From the NCBI GenBank assembly GCA_018062705.1, contig JAGORQ010000005.1, positions 1 to 50,275 on the forward strand: 50,275 nt of DNA, given 5' to 3'. This document shows positions 21,606 through 31,504 of this stretch, one piece after another (within the stretch, counting starts at the first letter, position 1; every line of letters starts with the position of its first letter). Both the position numbers and the translations under genes were made by a program. This stretch comes from Candidatus Shapirobacteria bacterium. GTDB lineage: Bacteria > Patescibacteriota > Microgenomatia > UBA12405. The notes beneath the pieces are model-generated. The model had not been told where the DNA came from, made no database searches, and saw nothing but the letters and a program-made list of their open reading frames with translations.

Positions 21606-22443
21606 AATCAGTGACCGTTAAATTTACATTAAATTTACCAAAGTCCAAATTTAACTGATTGTTAATCTTAATCGGCATTATGCCCATATACAGGCTAACT
21701 CCATTCAAGTCGATAGCAGTTACTTCCAATTTCAATTTAACTTGCTTCCTATCATTATCAGGCACCTCCACCAACCTGTCGCCCGACACAAATTTCCGTG
21801 TCGCCGGCAACAACTTCACCTCTTTAATGTCAGCAATAACTTTTCCATCACTATCTTTGACAGTATTCCCCAACTTAAACAGCTCGGCTAAATAATTAGA
21901 AACACCGTTTGAAATAGTATTTGCCCAATACGGCTCTTGATTAGCTATATTATTGGGGTTCAAAAAACCCTCTACCAAATATTTTTTTGTAGTTACTGGG
22001 TAGTTATCATTATTCAAACTAACCACCACCCCCTTTATCAAAATTCCGCCAATTTTAAAAGATTGGTAACTACCTACCAGCACCGGCAAACCATCATAAC
22101 TATAAATACCACTTCGTTTATCAAACGCAGTTCTAATACGCAATGTCACATAAAACTCTTTACTTTTCTCACTAAGATTCTGGCTATACACCTTCACTAT
22201 CTCTGTGTCCAAATGTCCACCTTTATCAAACTGCTTCACTCCAGAACGGACATTAGCCAAATACCATTGAGGTAATTCCGCTCCATAACTCTCCATATTT
22301 TCAAATTGGGCAATTTTCAAAACCAAGGTTAAATAACTTTCACTTCGACGTAAAAAAATAGCCGACGTTACCAGAACAAATATAAAAACTCCCACCCCCA
22401 ATATATCCACTACCCTGATTTTATAATTCTTTAAATTCCACAT
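21592..22443 (-). CDS. membrane-anchored hypothetical protein (DUF4330-like)
   Basis: N-terminal VVDILGVGVFIFVLVTSAIF anchor followed by a beta-rich body. The family call is tentative. Confidence 0.5.
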   Translation of the reverse strand: MWNLKNYKIRVVDILGVGVFIFVLVTSAIFLRRSESYLTLVLKIAQFENMESYGAELPQWYLANVRSGVKQFDKGGHLDTEIVKVYSQNLSEKSKEFYVTLRIRTAFDKRSGIYSYDGLPVLVGSYQSFKIGGILIKGVVVSLNNDNYPVTTKKYLVEGFLNPNNIANQEPYWANTISNGVSNYLAELFKLGNTVKDSDGKVIADIKEVKLLPATRKFVSGDRLVEVPDNDRKQVKLKLEVTAIDLNGVSLYMGIMPIKINNQLNLDFGKFNVNLTVTDFKEI

Positions 22444-23929
22444 CAGCCAATAATAACATAACTAATACCATCGGTAGATTAATCAGCTCCATAAACGGCT
22501 GAAACATCATCATCAACATCTCCGTAGCCAAAAAACAATTTATCAAGAGATAATTTTTTTTTGGTAAATTTTTGTTAACCAGACAAATTATTCTCCAGAT
22601 AAATAATAGCCACAAACTTAAACCAACCAACCCTCTTTCAGACCATATTAATAAAAATCCGTTATGAACCGGTTCAGGAAAATATTTAAAAACACCTGTC
22701 AAATCATTCCTAAAAGCACTTGACACAAAGTTGTTTGAACCCACTCCCCACCAAGGGTTCTTTTTAATTAAATTCTCCGCCACCATAACTAAATTTTTTC
22801 GAGTATAAACGCCACTATTCTTACCGGTGTTTAACACAGTGTCCCACAATCTCACCGACACCACTGTCGTTGCCATTATAGTTACTATCACCAAACCCAA
22901 CATTACCCATCGAGATTTTATTTTTATTTTACTCCAATTAATCATTGCACCTTCTTGAATCCACCACCACCATCCCATAACCACCAAACCTAGAATCACA
23001 GTTCGACTCTGTAGCCAAAACAATGCCAAAATAGGCATTAGTAACCACGGTCTCATTACAGACTTCTTGCGATTAACTTTTAATTCCACCAAAAATAATG
23101 CGACCAATTGCAAAAAAATTAAATGGGCCATTCCATTTGAGTTTCCGTAATAACCAATTGGTCTTATAAACCAAGCTTCCTCATCCGACCCAGCTCCAAA
23201 AAACGGCAAGATTCTTGTTTGCTCTACTACCGATCCCAAAGTCCTTCCCAGTAAGCCTTGGGAGATAATCATCACCGACCCTATCAGTAACACCACCTTT
23301 ACTATCCATCCAAAGTATCGCCACAGGCTCTGCTTTTGTCTTTCATCAATCGACAAGTAATAGTTATAAAACCACCATAACCAAACAATTAACCCAAAGC
23401 TATCCACTATTCCCAGCGCCCTTATCCATACCGGAATCGCACTCTCCCGACCAACTGTCGAATACACTCCTGCTCCTACAATCAACCATAGCAAAATTAT
23501 TATTAAATTAGATTTAACTTTCCTACCAAATACTTTGACAACCCAGGTTACAAGTATTGCCACACACAGCGCCAAATAAGGTGTAAATTTAAAGTAAAAA
23601 TTTTGACCATTCGGATAAAGTGGGTGATTCAACTCTTCCGGCTTGATCAACTGAAAAACATATAACTGGCCTACATTAAAAAGCTGAATCGGCCAAAAAC
23701 CAAAAAAAATCACCTTTTCCCAAGACCTGTTTACCAGCCACAAACAACATATATATATAGCCGACCATACAAAATAAACCACCACGCTCGGACAAATTAG
23801 ACATATAATCAGATAAATTGTCGATACTATCGCACTCAAAAAATCTTTATTGTCCATATGTTCCAACATCAAATAGTCATTATACCCGAAATCAACACTC
23901 CTGAGGAAATTTCCGATCACACTCTTCAA
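22421..23929 (-). CDS. O-antigen ligase/polymerase (Wzy_C)-like membrane protein
   Basis: More than 10 TM segments. WLQSRTVILGLVVMG...PVHNGFLLIWSERGLVGL. Confidence 0.75.
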   Translation of the reverse strand: MKSVIGNFLRSVDFGYNDYLMLEHMDNKDFLSAIVSTIYLIICLICPSVVVYFVWSAIYICCLWLVNRSWEKVIFFGFWPIQLFNVGQLYVFQLIKPEELNHPLYPNGQNFYFKFTPYLALCVAILVTWVVKVFGRKVKSNLIIILLWLIVGAGVYSTVGRESAIPVWIRALGIVDSFGLIVWLWWFYNYYLSIDERQKQSLWRYFGWIVKVVLLIGSVMIISQGLLGRTLGSVVEQTRILPFFGAGSDEEAWFIRPIGYYGNSNGMAHLIFLQLVALFLVELKVNRKKSVMRPWLLMPILALFWLQSRTVILGLVVMGWWWWIQEGAMINWSKIKIKSRWVMLGLVIVTIMATTVVSVRLWDTVLNTGKNSGVYTRKNLVMVAENLIKKNPWWGVGSNNFVSSAFRNDLTGVFKYFPEPVHNGFLLIWSERGLVGLSLWLLFIWRIICLVNKNLPKKNYLLINCFLATEMLMMMFQPFMELINLPMVLVMLLLADVEFKEL

Positions 23930-24907
23930 ACCGCTAAGGTTCTATCTAGTCAAAACCAGGTCTACATTTACTACCAAAATATTCCCCCAAAAAACATTTT
24001 TAACTTTATAAAAGGTGGCCAAGTCTTTGCCATCAAGTTTCTCCCCTTCAACCGCTTTAAATTAATTTTTCAACTAAATTCTTACCTTACCTTTAATTTT
24101 TTATATATTTACTCTTTAGTAAAACATAAAAAAATTCCCATTTATTGGGTTTTTTACCCGCCACTCGCCAATTTAATCAAATTTTCATTACCACCCGCCA
24201 AAATGATTTTTGATATTCTCGACGGCTTTATCTCTACCACAACAGAAAATCAATATTTTCTTAAACACTCAACTATAGTTTCGGTCATGACGAAAACTTT
24301 ACTCAACTATTATCGTTCAAATTATGGTGATGCCAACTACCTTCTGACCCACCCCGCCTCATATTTAGCCATCCCAGCAACTATTGTAAATCCAAAAATT
24401 ATTAAATTGTCAAAATTAAAAAACATTGTCGGTTATATCGGCGCCATCAACCAACGGCTCGATTTCAATCTTATCTTTGACTGTCTAAAAACTTTTCCTC
24501 AAGCCAACTTTGTTTTTGCCGGTCCCTTAAATCACGACTCCAATGTCGCCCCCAAACCTGTCAACAAACTTTTTCAAAAGTTATTAAAATACAAAAATTT
24601 TCATTACCTCGGGCTTCTCCCCAAAAACCAAATCCCCCATTTTCTCAAAATTATTCAAGCCGGTATTATTCCCTACGACACCGCAGAAATTTTCAATCAA
24701 CTGTCTTTTCCTCTCAAGGCTATTGAATATTCTATCGCCCAAAAACCTTTTATCTCCACCAATATTCCCGAACTAAATAAACTCAACAAAAATATTTCTA
24801 ACTACACCTGGGAACACAAAATCAAATTAATAACCCAGGCAATAGAACCAACAACCCCAACAGTGGCTCAATCGGTTGCTTCAGTCGATAAAACTCATCG
24901 TAACTAA
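23858..24907 (+). CDS. putative GT-B glycosyltransferase
   Basis: IVGYIGAINQRLDFNLI...ANFVFAGP...YLGLLPKNQIPHFL...GIIPY resembles TuaH/GT4-like C-domains. The start is uncertain because it overlaps the divergent gene by 72 nt. Confidence 0.5.
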   Translation: MFQHQIVIIPEINTPEEISDHTLQTAKVLSSQNQVYIYYQNIPPKNIFNFIKGGQVFAIKFLPFNRFKLIFQLNSYLTFNFLYIYSLVKHKKIPIYWVFYPPLANLIKFSLPPAKMIFDILDGFISTTTENQYFLKHSTIVSVMTKTLLNYYRSNYGDANYLLTHPASYLAIPATIVNPKIIKLSKLKNIVGYIGAINQRLDFNLIFDCLKTFPQANFVFAGPLNHDSNVAPKPVNKLFQKLLKYKNFHYLGLLPKNQIPHFLKIIQAGIIPYDTAEIFNQLSFPLKAIEYSIAQKPFISTNIPELNKLNKNISNYTWEHKIKLITQAIEPTTPTVAQSVASVDKTHRN

Positions 24908-26036
24908 AAAAAGAGTTCATCAATATTACTCCACCACAAACTACCAATACCACACCCAACAAACTAGTTCGCTTGTCAACCTTAATTCTCATTCTCAAAA
25001 ATATAAACCAACCAACCAAAAATCCCACCCATTTTAGCCGATTAATTTTGTGCTCCAGCCAGTTAGTTGTCCTAAAAAAATAATTGATTGAAATAAACCT
25101 ATTTGGTTCAACGTAAAACCTTCTATAAAACGTAAAATTATCGTCCACCGACATCATCGCTCGACTACCAAAATCCATCCAGTTTGACCTTATTTCTTTT
25201 TTATTGATTTCACTAATTTGTTTCAAGCTAGCCCACCTTCCTTTACCGTTTTCACCTAATCTATCAACCACCTCCCACGGATCTTGGGTATCACTAAATG
25301 GTTTATCAGCATTCTTCAAATATCCATTTTTCAACACAACTCCCAAAGTATTAACCGTCCCCACATCAGAAATTTGAAACTTTCCATTATTTAATAAATT
25401 GTAAGTTGGCAACAATATCACCAGTAGTAAATCAACTATCGCCAATTGCCACCATATTTTTTTTGTTTTTTCATTTAACCAAAAAAATATTTTTACCAAA
25501 AAAGGCAACAACAAAAAACCAGGTTTTAAATACATTACTAAGATATCAACCATCAACACCAGCACCACCGATTTCAAACTTATCTTTCTCTGCCATAGCC
25601 ACCAATTAACTAAAATAAATAGCAGTATCAAAGTCGGGGCAATCGATTCAGTCATCACCATGTTCTGGAACTGCACCACCCCATAATCCACCCAAAGCAA
25701 TAGACAGACTATCCAATTTAAAAAATATTTATTCGATAATTTATCAATCAATATCAAAAACAAACCAGCTCCAATTGCCGATATTACCACACTCCCAAAA
25801 ATCACCCACCGCAAATCCCCCATCACTACTGCAGGTATCAAAAAAACAGGATAAGTCGGTGTTCTCATCGACAAATTTGGCCAACTTAAATTTTTCATCT
25901 GCTTTGCTACCATCAAATACGAATTACTATCTGGATCAATGTAGGGTATTTTTTGCCAGTTCAGTTCAACCAACATTATCACCAGACTTACCAGTATCAT
26001 TGAACCTAAACGCCACCAGCTAGTTTTTAATTCCAT
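24822..26036 (-). CDS. polytopic membrane protein, possible GT-C-type glycosyltransferase
   Basis: 404 aa, many TM segments, DPDSNSYL near the N-terminus. Located in the glycan locus. Function is inferred only from context. Confidence 0.45.
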   Translation of the reverse strand: MELKTSWWRLGSMILVSLVIMLVELNWQKIPYIDPDSNSYLMVAKQMKNLSWPNLSMRTPTYPVFLIPAVVMGDLRWVIFGSVVISAIGAGLFLILIDKLSNKYFLNWIVCLLLWVDYGVVQFQNMVMTESIAPTLILLFILVNWWLWQRKISLKSVVLVLMVDILVMYLKPGFLLLPFLVKIFFWLNEKTKKIWWQLAIVDLLLVILLPTYNLLNNGKFQISDVGTVNTLGVVLKNGYLKNADKPFSDTQDPWEVVDRLGENGKGRWASLKQISEINKKEIRSNWMDFGSRAMMSVDDNFTFYRRFYVEPNRFISINYFFRTTNWLEHKINRLKWVGFLVGWFIFLRMRIKVDKRTSLLGVVLVVCGGVILMNSFFSYDEFYRLKQPIEPLLGLLVLLPGLLI

Positions 26037-26508
26037 AGACTTTAGCTAAAAAAGCTGAAAGCTTCAAAAATAACTCTCCTTTTTTCGACAACTCAATTCT
26101 ATCCCCATCAATTTTTACAAATCCAGTAGTTTTTTGTTCATTCAATCGTTTTTGGACTGCATCATTTTTCTCAATATATGTTTTCTCCAAATCTTCTCTC
26201 AATTCAGTCTTAGTTATCCTTTCACTACTATTTATTTTATTTAACAAATACATCGTCACCGACCGCTCAAACGTTACCGGAAATAACACCAAAAAAACCA
26301 AGTTTAAGCTCCACACAACTAATGATATTTCTGCCACTCTTTGCCATGGTTTTAAATACTTAATCAATAACCACATTACCGCAATCGCACTTAAAGTCAG
26401 CAACACCACTCCCCGAAAAAACAAAGGTCCTTCTTGATACAAAAAATCAATTCTCATCAAAAACAGAAACAGAATAGTTTGACCGAAACCAATTATTAGA
26501 TAGTTCAT
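26020..26508 (-). CDS. membrane protein with a soluble C-terminal domain, unknown function
   Basis: 162-aa ORF with 3-4 TM segments and a charged C-terminal part. Confidence 0.5.
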   Translation of the reverse strand: MNYLIIGFGQTILFLFLMRIDFLYQEGPLFFRGVVLLTLSAIAVMWLLIKYLKPWQRVAEISLVVWSLNLVFLVLFPVTFERSVTMYLLNKINSSERITKTELREDLEKTYIEKNDAVQKRLNEQKTTGFVKIDGDRIELSKKGELFLKLSAFLAKVYGIKN

Positions 26509-27477
26509 TTAATAGACTTTATTTTTCCACTTGATTTTAGCATCCTTCCAATAGTTTTTAGCCCCAAACACTATTTTTTGTGGCATTTTACCTGGCCAAA
26601 TCACACTATACCTAAAAACTGGCTTCTGTTTATCCACCAAGACACTTTTTAATGCATCTCCCTCCCCCAAGACTTTCAACTCATCCAAAAACACACCATC
26701 TTTTGGTAACCAACTTTTTAATTTTTCCCAATAAATCGGAAAATAATTCCCCAAAGTTTCTAGATAAACATGTTCTACCATTGAAGTCATTACCACCACC
26801 CCATTCCGTCCCAATATTTTTTTTACCACTATCTCAACCAGCTTTTGCTGATTTTTCACAAATGGTAATACATCAATCAAAGTCACCACATCAACTTTAT
26901 GTTCTATAAACAAACTACCTACTTCCGACATATCCGCACAAACCCTAACCAGTCGTGAATTTTCATCATAGATTAACTTGCTCAGCAATAAATTTTTAAA
27001 AGAATTTTCCACCGAATAAATAGTTGTTCCAGGATATTTTTTCAATAATTTTTGATGATTATGTCCAAAACCAGACCCAATATCTACCCACACCTCAAGT
27101 TTTTGGTGTTTAATCAAAGTTGGCCACCAAAAAAGTTCACTTTCCCGCTCCTCATGTCGATTTATATAATAATTCCATTCATGTTTTTTATATCCCCATA
27201 GCCAATAAATAAATATTTTCTTCTCAGCCAACCACATCAACAATTTTAATATCACTCTCCTCTTCCCAAAACCCAGAGCCTCAGCCAAGGCACCCACCTT
27301 GTCATTTTTTTGTTGCTTATCTATCACCCGTTTCACTATAGATTTATCCAAACACAAAATTCCCTCAACTATTGGAAATTCGTCACAATCACACACCAAA
27401 GAGTCACGGTGCTTTTTAAATTTACCACCACAATACGGGCACCTTAGTAGTTGATAATTTCGATCAATGGCCACCAT
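26509..27477 (-). CDS. class I SAM-dependent methyltransferase with N-terminal Trm112-like zinc ribbon
   Basis: LLRCPYCGGKF...CDCDEFPIVEGILCL, then motif I VDIGSGFGHN. Confidence 0.75.
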   Translation of the reverse strand: MVAIDRNYQLLRCPYCGGKFKKHRDSLVCDCDEFPIVEGILCLDKSIVKRVIDKQQKNDKVGALAEALGFGKRRVILKLLMWLAEKKIFIYWLWGYKKHEWNYYINRHEERESELFWWPTLIKHQKLEVWVDIGSGFGHNHQKLLKKYPGTTIYSVENSFKNLLLSKLIYDENSRLVRVCADMSEVGSLFIEHKVDVVTLIDVLPFVKNQQKLVEIVVKKILGRNGVVVMTSMVEHVYLETLGNYFPIYWEKLKSWLPKDGVFLDELKVLGEGDALKSVLVDKQKPVFRYSVIWPGKMPQKIVFGAKNYWKDAKIKWKNKVY

Positions 27478-28097
27478 ACATTTTGTTTAAGCAATAAATA
27501 TTGACTTTTATAACATTTTAAAAATCCATCTTTTTCTCTATTGGGAAATTTAAGTTTTTTAAAATATTTTAAGTATTTAATAAAATTTAGCCTCTGCCAC
27601 AGATACGGTGACTCCAGATAATATTTTATGTTTTTTCTACTTCTCTCCCCTGCTGTCCGCACAATCCAATGATCCACATGACCACCAACTCCAAATGGCA
27701 AATAAATTTCATCAGCTCCACATTTTTTAATCTTTTCTACTATTTTTTCTACCAATTCTTTATCCTCTTTTTTAATTTCTCCCCCCAACAATTCTTCTCT
27801 CGTTAAATAATTGCCCCTAAAACCCGCATCCACCAAATCCCAGTGTTCCCACTCCACCCCCATCATTTCCATTGCCTCAACATCCTCTTTAACTCTCGCC
27901 TTTTCAAAATATACTACGCTATTAAAACCAGATTTTTCCATATAATCAGCTGTGTATTCAGGTAAATTTTTACCATCACCAAATTTTGTAAACACCGTCA
28001 CCACTCTAACTTTTTTACCCTGTTTCTTCCACTCCAAAATATGTTGTCCCAACGACAACACCGCATCATCCATGTGGGGACTTATAACGATAATCAC
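27444..28097 (-). CDS. PIG-L/LmbE-family deacetylase (intact paralog, GTG start)
   Basis: IIVISPHMDDAVLSLG...VVTVFT...GGHVDHW. Confidence 0.85.
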   Translation of the reverse strand: MIIVISPHMDDAVLSLGQHILEWKKQGKKVRVVTVFTKFGDGKNLPEYTADYMEKSGFNSVVYFEKARVKEDVEAMEMMGVEWEHWDLVDAGFRGNYLTREELLGGEIKKEDKELVEKIVEKIKKCGADEIYLPFGVGGHVDHWIVRTAGERSRKNIKYYLESPYLWQRLNFIKYLKYFKKLKFPNREKDGFLKCYKSQYLLLKQNVWWPLIEIINY

Positions 28098-28106
28098 AAC
28101 TTAGTT

Positions 28107-28112
28107 TATACT
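28107..28112 (+). promoter_or_regulatory. -10 box (TATACT) in a 23-bp divergent spacer
   Basis: The spacer 28098-28120 is aacttagttTATACTataaccag, with 8 nt from the box to the ATG at 28121. The opposite strand has TATAAA 7 nt before the GTG at 28097. Confidence 0.45.
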
Positions 28113-28120
28113 ATAACCAG

Positions 28121-29050
28121 ATGCCAAAAACTATTAAATTCACTGTCGCTATTTGTACCCGCAACCGTCCAAGATTTGCATCAAAACTACTAAAACAACT
28201 TTCAGTTCAAACAACTGTTCCAACTCAATACCTATTTATTGAAAACACAACAGAAAATCAGTATTTTTCCCACAAAAAATTAAACAAAATATTGAAACAT
28301 ACTCAAGTAGACTATGTTACAACAAAAGGCCAGAATCTGGCTGTATCTCGAAACTTATGCCTAAAATTAAGTAAATACAATCAACTCATAATCCTCGATG
28401 ACGATATATTACTCAAACCAGATACCTTTACCAAAATCATACTTTCTTTTCAAAAATACCCAAAAGCTACTGGATTTACTACCAGAACAATTCACCACCG
28501 TTTGGGTAATTATTCAACTTTTACCAACTACTGGTACAACTGTGGCTATCTAGACACAACAGCACCGACTATCTCAGAGTTCACGCCAACTACCGTTTTG
28601 GCATTAGATGTCGCCAAATTAAAACAATATCAAATACATTTTAATGAAAATATTAGTCATGCTGAAGACATGGATTTTTTTTGCCAAATAAAGGAAAAAA
28701 ATCTTACACTTTACTACCTTCCGAATATTGTAGCACTGCATTTTTTTGGAGAACGATTTGGTTTTTACGAATATTTGAATCGTTTTTATGAATGGGGATA
28801 CAATATTTGCTCCCTCAAAAAAATATATCTGAGTATGCTCGGTATTAATCAATTGGTTCCACCAACAAAATACCATCCTTTATTGTCACCTTTATTTTGT
28901 ATCAAAAAAACATTTATTGCTACTTACAATTTTAAAAAATATAACCAATCATTGCCGGTTCGGCTATTACCTCTAGCAATATTAGCATTTTATAGTTACA
29001 TCTTAGGTATTTATCAAGCTACAAAATTAAAAGATTTTTATTCAAACTAA
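28121..29050 (+). CDS. family 2 glycosyltransferase
   Basis: FTVAICTRNRPRF...IILDDDILL... (DxD), in glycan locus context. Confidence 0.8.
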   Translation: MPKTIKFTVAICTRNRPRFASKLLKQLSVQTTVPTQYLFIENTTENQYFSHKKLNKILKHTQVDYVTTKGQNLAVSRNLCLKLSKYNQLIILDDDILLKPDTFTKIILSFQKYPKATGFTTRTIHHRLGNYSTFTNYWYNCGYLDTTAPTISEFTPTTVLALDVAKLKQYQIHFNENISHAEDMDFFCQIKEKNLTLYYLPNIVALHFFGERFGFYEYLNRFYEWGYNICSLKKIYLSMLGINQLVPPTKYHPLLSPLFCIKKTFIATYNFKKYNQSLPVRLLPLAILAFYSYILGIYQATKLKDFYSN

Positions 29051-29778
29051 TCTTGTTCAATCCTATTCTTATACTTATCAATCAAACTCGTACCACCAAT
29101 TTCTTTAATTTTTCCTTTTTCAAACCAAATAATTCTCTGACAATTTTTTTTGAGATACTCCAGCCAATGAGACACCACTAATATTGTTTTTCCTTGATGA
29201 AACAATTCATCAATTTTTTTACTACTTTTTTGCTGAAAATTCTCATCACCCACAGCAATCCCCTCATCCAAAATTAATATATCTGGCTCTACTGCCATCG
29301 CCACTGAAAACCCTAATCGAAGTTTCATTCCTTCAGAATATGTGTACATTGGTGAATCTATAAAGTTACCAATATCTGCAAATGTGATAATTTCTTTCAG
29401 TTTACTAGTAGTCTCAGCCTTGTCCATCCCCAACAACATCGCATTTTGATAAATATTCTCCACTCCAGTCAGTTCCGGGTGAAACCCCGCACTTAAATCA
29501 ATCAAAGAAACCACCTTACCCCAAGTTTGAACCTTACCTTTATTTGGGGTAGCAATTCCTGATATTATTTTTAGTAAAGTAGTCTTACCAGAACCATTTC
29601 CCCCGATAATTCCTACCTTTTCACCTTGATAGATTACCAAGTCCAGATTATCTAATGCTTTATATTTCTCAAGTTTTTTAACCCGAACAAAATTTTCCAC
29701 CAACGTCGGTTTTTCATGATGCAATTGATAGATTTTAGACACTCCAACTAGTTTAATTGCCAAGTCTTTTTGTTTCAT
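29047..29778 (-). CDS. polysaccharide/teichoic-acid ABC exporter, ATP-binding subunit (Wzt/TagH-like)
   Basis: Walker A GGNGSGKTTLLK, signature YSEGMKLRLGF, Walker B ILILDE. 4-nt overlap with the permease gene. Confidence 0.9.
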   Translation of the reverse strand: MKQKDLAIKLVGVSKIYQLHHEKPTLVENFVRVKKLEKYKALDNLDLVIYQGEKVGIIGGNGSGKTTLLKIISGIATPNKGKVQTWGKVVSLIDLSAGFHPELTGVENIYQNAMLLGMDKAETTSKLKEIITFADIGNFIDSPMYTYSEGMKLRLGFSVAMAVEPDILILDEGIAVGDENFQQKSSKKIDELFHQGKTILVVSHWLEYLKKNCQRIIWFEKGKIKEIGGTSLIDKYKNRIEQD

Positions 29779-30551
29779 AGCCAGTCATCAAAAAAAGGGC
29801 TTTCCTTCTTAAAAACCATAATTCCAACTATAAAAACCACGATGGTCACCACCAAGCTCCACCCCACCGACACCCATTCAATCCCCAACCCCAAGGTGGT
29901 CCACCTAAGCATCTCCATCACCGCCGTCATCGGATTCAAATAAATCCATTTAGACAACCATTGCGGTAGCAAATCCAAACTATAAACCACTGGTGTGGCA
30001 TAAAACCACAACGGCATTATTGCTTGTACTCCAAAATTTACATCCCGCCATTTTACATTTAAACTTGAAAACAACATCGACAAACCTGTCGTCAACATAG
30101 TTAACCAGACAATAATTCCCGGCAACAACCACCACCTAAACCAATGCAACTCCCTCACCACCAGTGCCTCCCACAACACAAACAAAGCCAGGGCAATTAA
30201 AAAATGAAACATGTTGGCCAGCACCACCGATATCACCACCGCTTCTCGCGGAAACCTTGCTTTTTGAATCAGTGCTCGTTCATTAATATACATCGACGTA
30301 TTTTTAGTGACTGTATATGAAAAAAAGTTCCAGGCCAATAATCCGGGAAATAAAAATTCAAAATAGTTAGCCGTTTTCACCGGCACAAAAAATTGAAAAA
30401 TAAATCCCATTACCAGCATTTGCAGTAGTGGATTTAGCAATATCCACAAAAAACCAAAAATCGCCATCTTATATCGGGCTTTTATCTCTTTTTCCGTTAA
30501 TGCCATCACAAACCCTAGCCATTTTTGTTGATTCTTAGTAAAGTGCCACAC
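29775..30551 (-). CDS. ABC-2 type exporter permease (Wzm/TagG-like)
   Basis: Six TM segments, EIKARYK motif, paired with the ATPase gene. Confidence 0.85.
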   Translation of the reverse strand: MWHFTKNQQKWLGFVMALTEKEIKARYKMAIFGFLWILLNPLLQMLVMGFIFQFFVPVKTANYFEFLFPGLLAWNFFSYTVTKNTSMYINERALIQKARFPREAVVISVVLANMFHFLIALALFVLWEALVVRELHWFRWWLLPGIIVWLTMLTTGLSMLFSSLNVKWRDVNFGVQAIMPLWFYATPVVYSLDLLPQWLSKWIYLNPMTAVMEMLRWTTLGLGIEWVSVGWSLVVTIVVFIVGIMVFKKESPFFDDWL

Positions 30552-30564
30552 AGGCTAAATTATA

Positions 30565-31476
30565 CTACCTCAATCTAAATAATCTTGTTCTCAAAGCCAG
30601 CTTTAAAGCATCAGTTTTATACCGGAAATTTTTTATTTCCCCACTGTAATGAACTGACACGGAATTTGGTGATACATTAGCCCGATATTCCTCATCCCCC
30701 GACACATTCACATATTCCAAAGTCGGTAAAAGCCTACATTTTTCTTGGTTATATGCATACACCGTTATCGCCTCTTCCACTCTAAAATGATTAAAATACT
30801 CAACTTCATCCAGCAGATTTAACACTCTATTCATACTCCTCAAACTTATTGACTTCGAGTCAGCTACAGCCAAAATTCCCGAATTAAAATAAGGTGACAA
30901 ACTATTTTTTAGCGTTTTATACAACAATCTTCTAAAAGACCAAAGCCCAATTGAGTCAAAATACCCATACATTTTTGATTCGTAAGGATGATGGGCTGTG
31001 TACCAATTGAATCCCTTATCAATTTTCAGCCAATCAATTAGTATTTTTGGTTTTTTGATAAACAAAACGTCAGCATCTAAAAATATAAATTTTTTAAATG
31101 GACACAAAATAAATACATCTAATTTTTTCTTATACATCAAAACTTTCTCGTCAAAACGGAACTTTTTTATATATTTATATTTTTTAACCGCCCGCTCAAT
31201 CTTCGCCTGATGTATTTTTTGTTTATCGATAAACACCTTAAAATATTTTCTTAACTTAACAATATCTTTGGTTGTCAATGAACCATCATCTACTATATAT
31301 ATTGGCAATGACTTACCTAAAAAATAAAAAAAAGCGGTCGTACTCCAAATAAACATGGTTACATGTTTGTGGCACAACAAAGTACACACCCCTACCGAGT
31401 TGTCACCAGCATTATTATATTTTGGGAAAAATACCGGCAACATTTTAAACAGAACATTTTTAATCCACTCCTTCAT
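30565..31476 (-). CDS. putative GT-A nucleotide-sugar transferase (GT8-like)
   Basis: IFLDADVLFI (DxD) and YFNSGILAV. Confidence 0.5.
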   Translation of the reverse strand: MKEWIKNVLFKMLPVFFPKYNNAGDNSVGVCTLLCHKHVTMFIWSTTAFFYFLGKSLPIYIVDDGSLTTKDIVKLRKYFKVFIDKQKIHQAKIERAVKKYKYIKKFRFDEKVLMYKKKLDVFILCPFKKFIFLDADVLFIKKPKILIDWLKIDKGFNWYTAHHPYESKMYGYFDSIGLWSFRRLLYKTLKNSLSPYFNSGILAVADSKSISLRSMNRVLNLLDEVEYFNHFRVEEAITVYAYNQEKCRLLPTLEYVNVSGDEEYRANVSPNSVSVHYSGEIKNFRYKTDALKLALRTRLFRLR

Positions 31477-31487
31477 ATTTCTTGTTT

Positions 31488-31495
31488 AGTATACT
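31488..31495. promoter_or_regulatory. palindromic -10 element AGTATACT in a 28-bp divergent spacer
   Basis: TATACT lies 9 nt before the ATG at 31505 on the plus strand and 11 nt before the ATG at 31476 on the minus strand. Confidence 0.45.
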
Positions 31496-31504
31496 CTATA
31501 TATC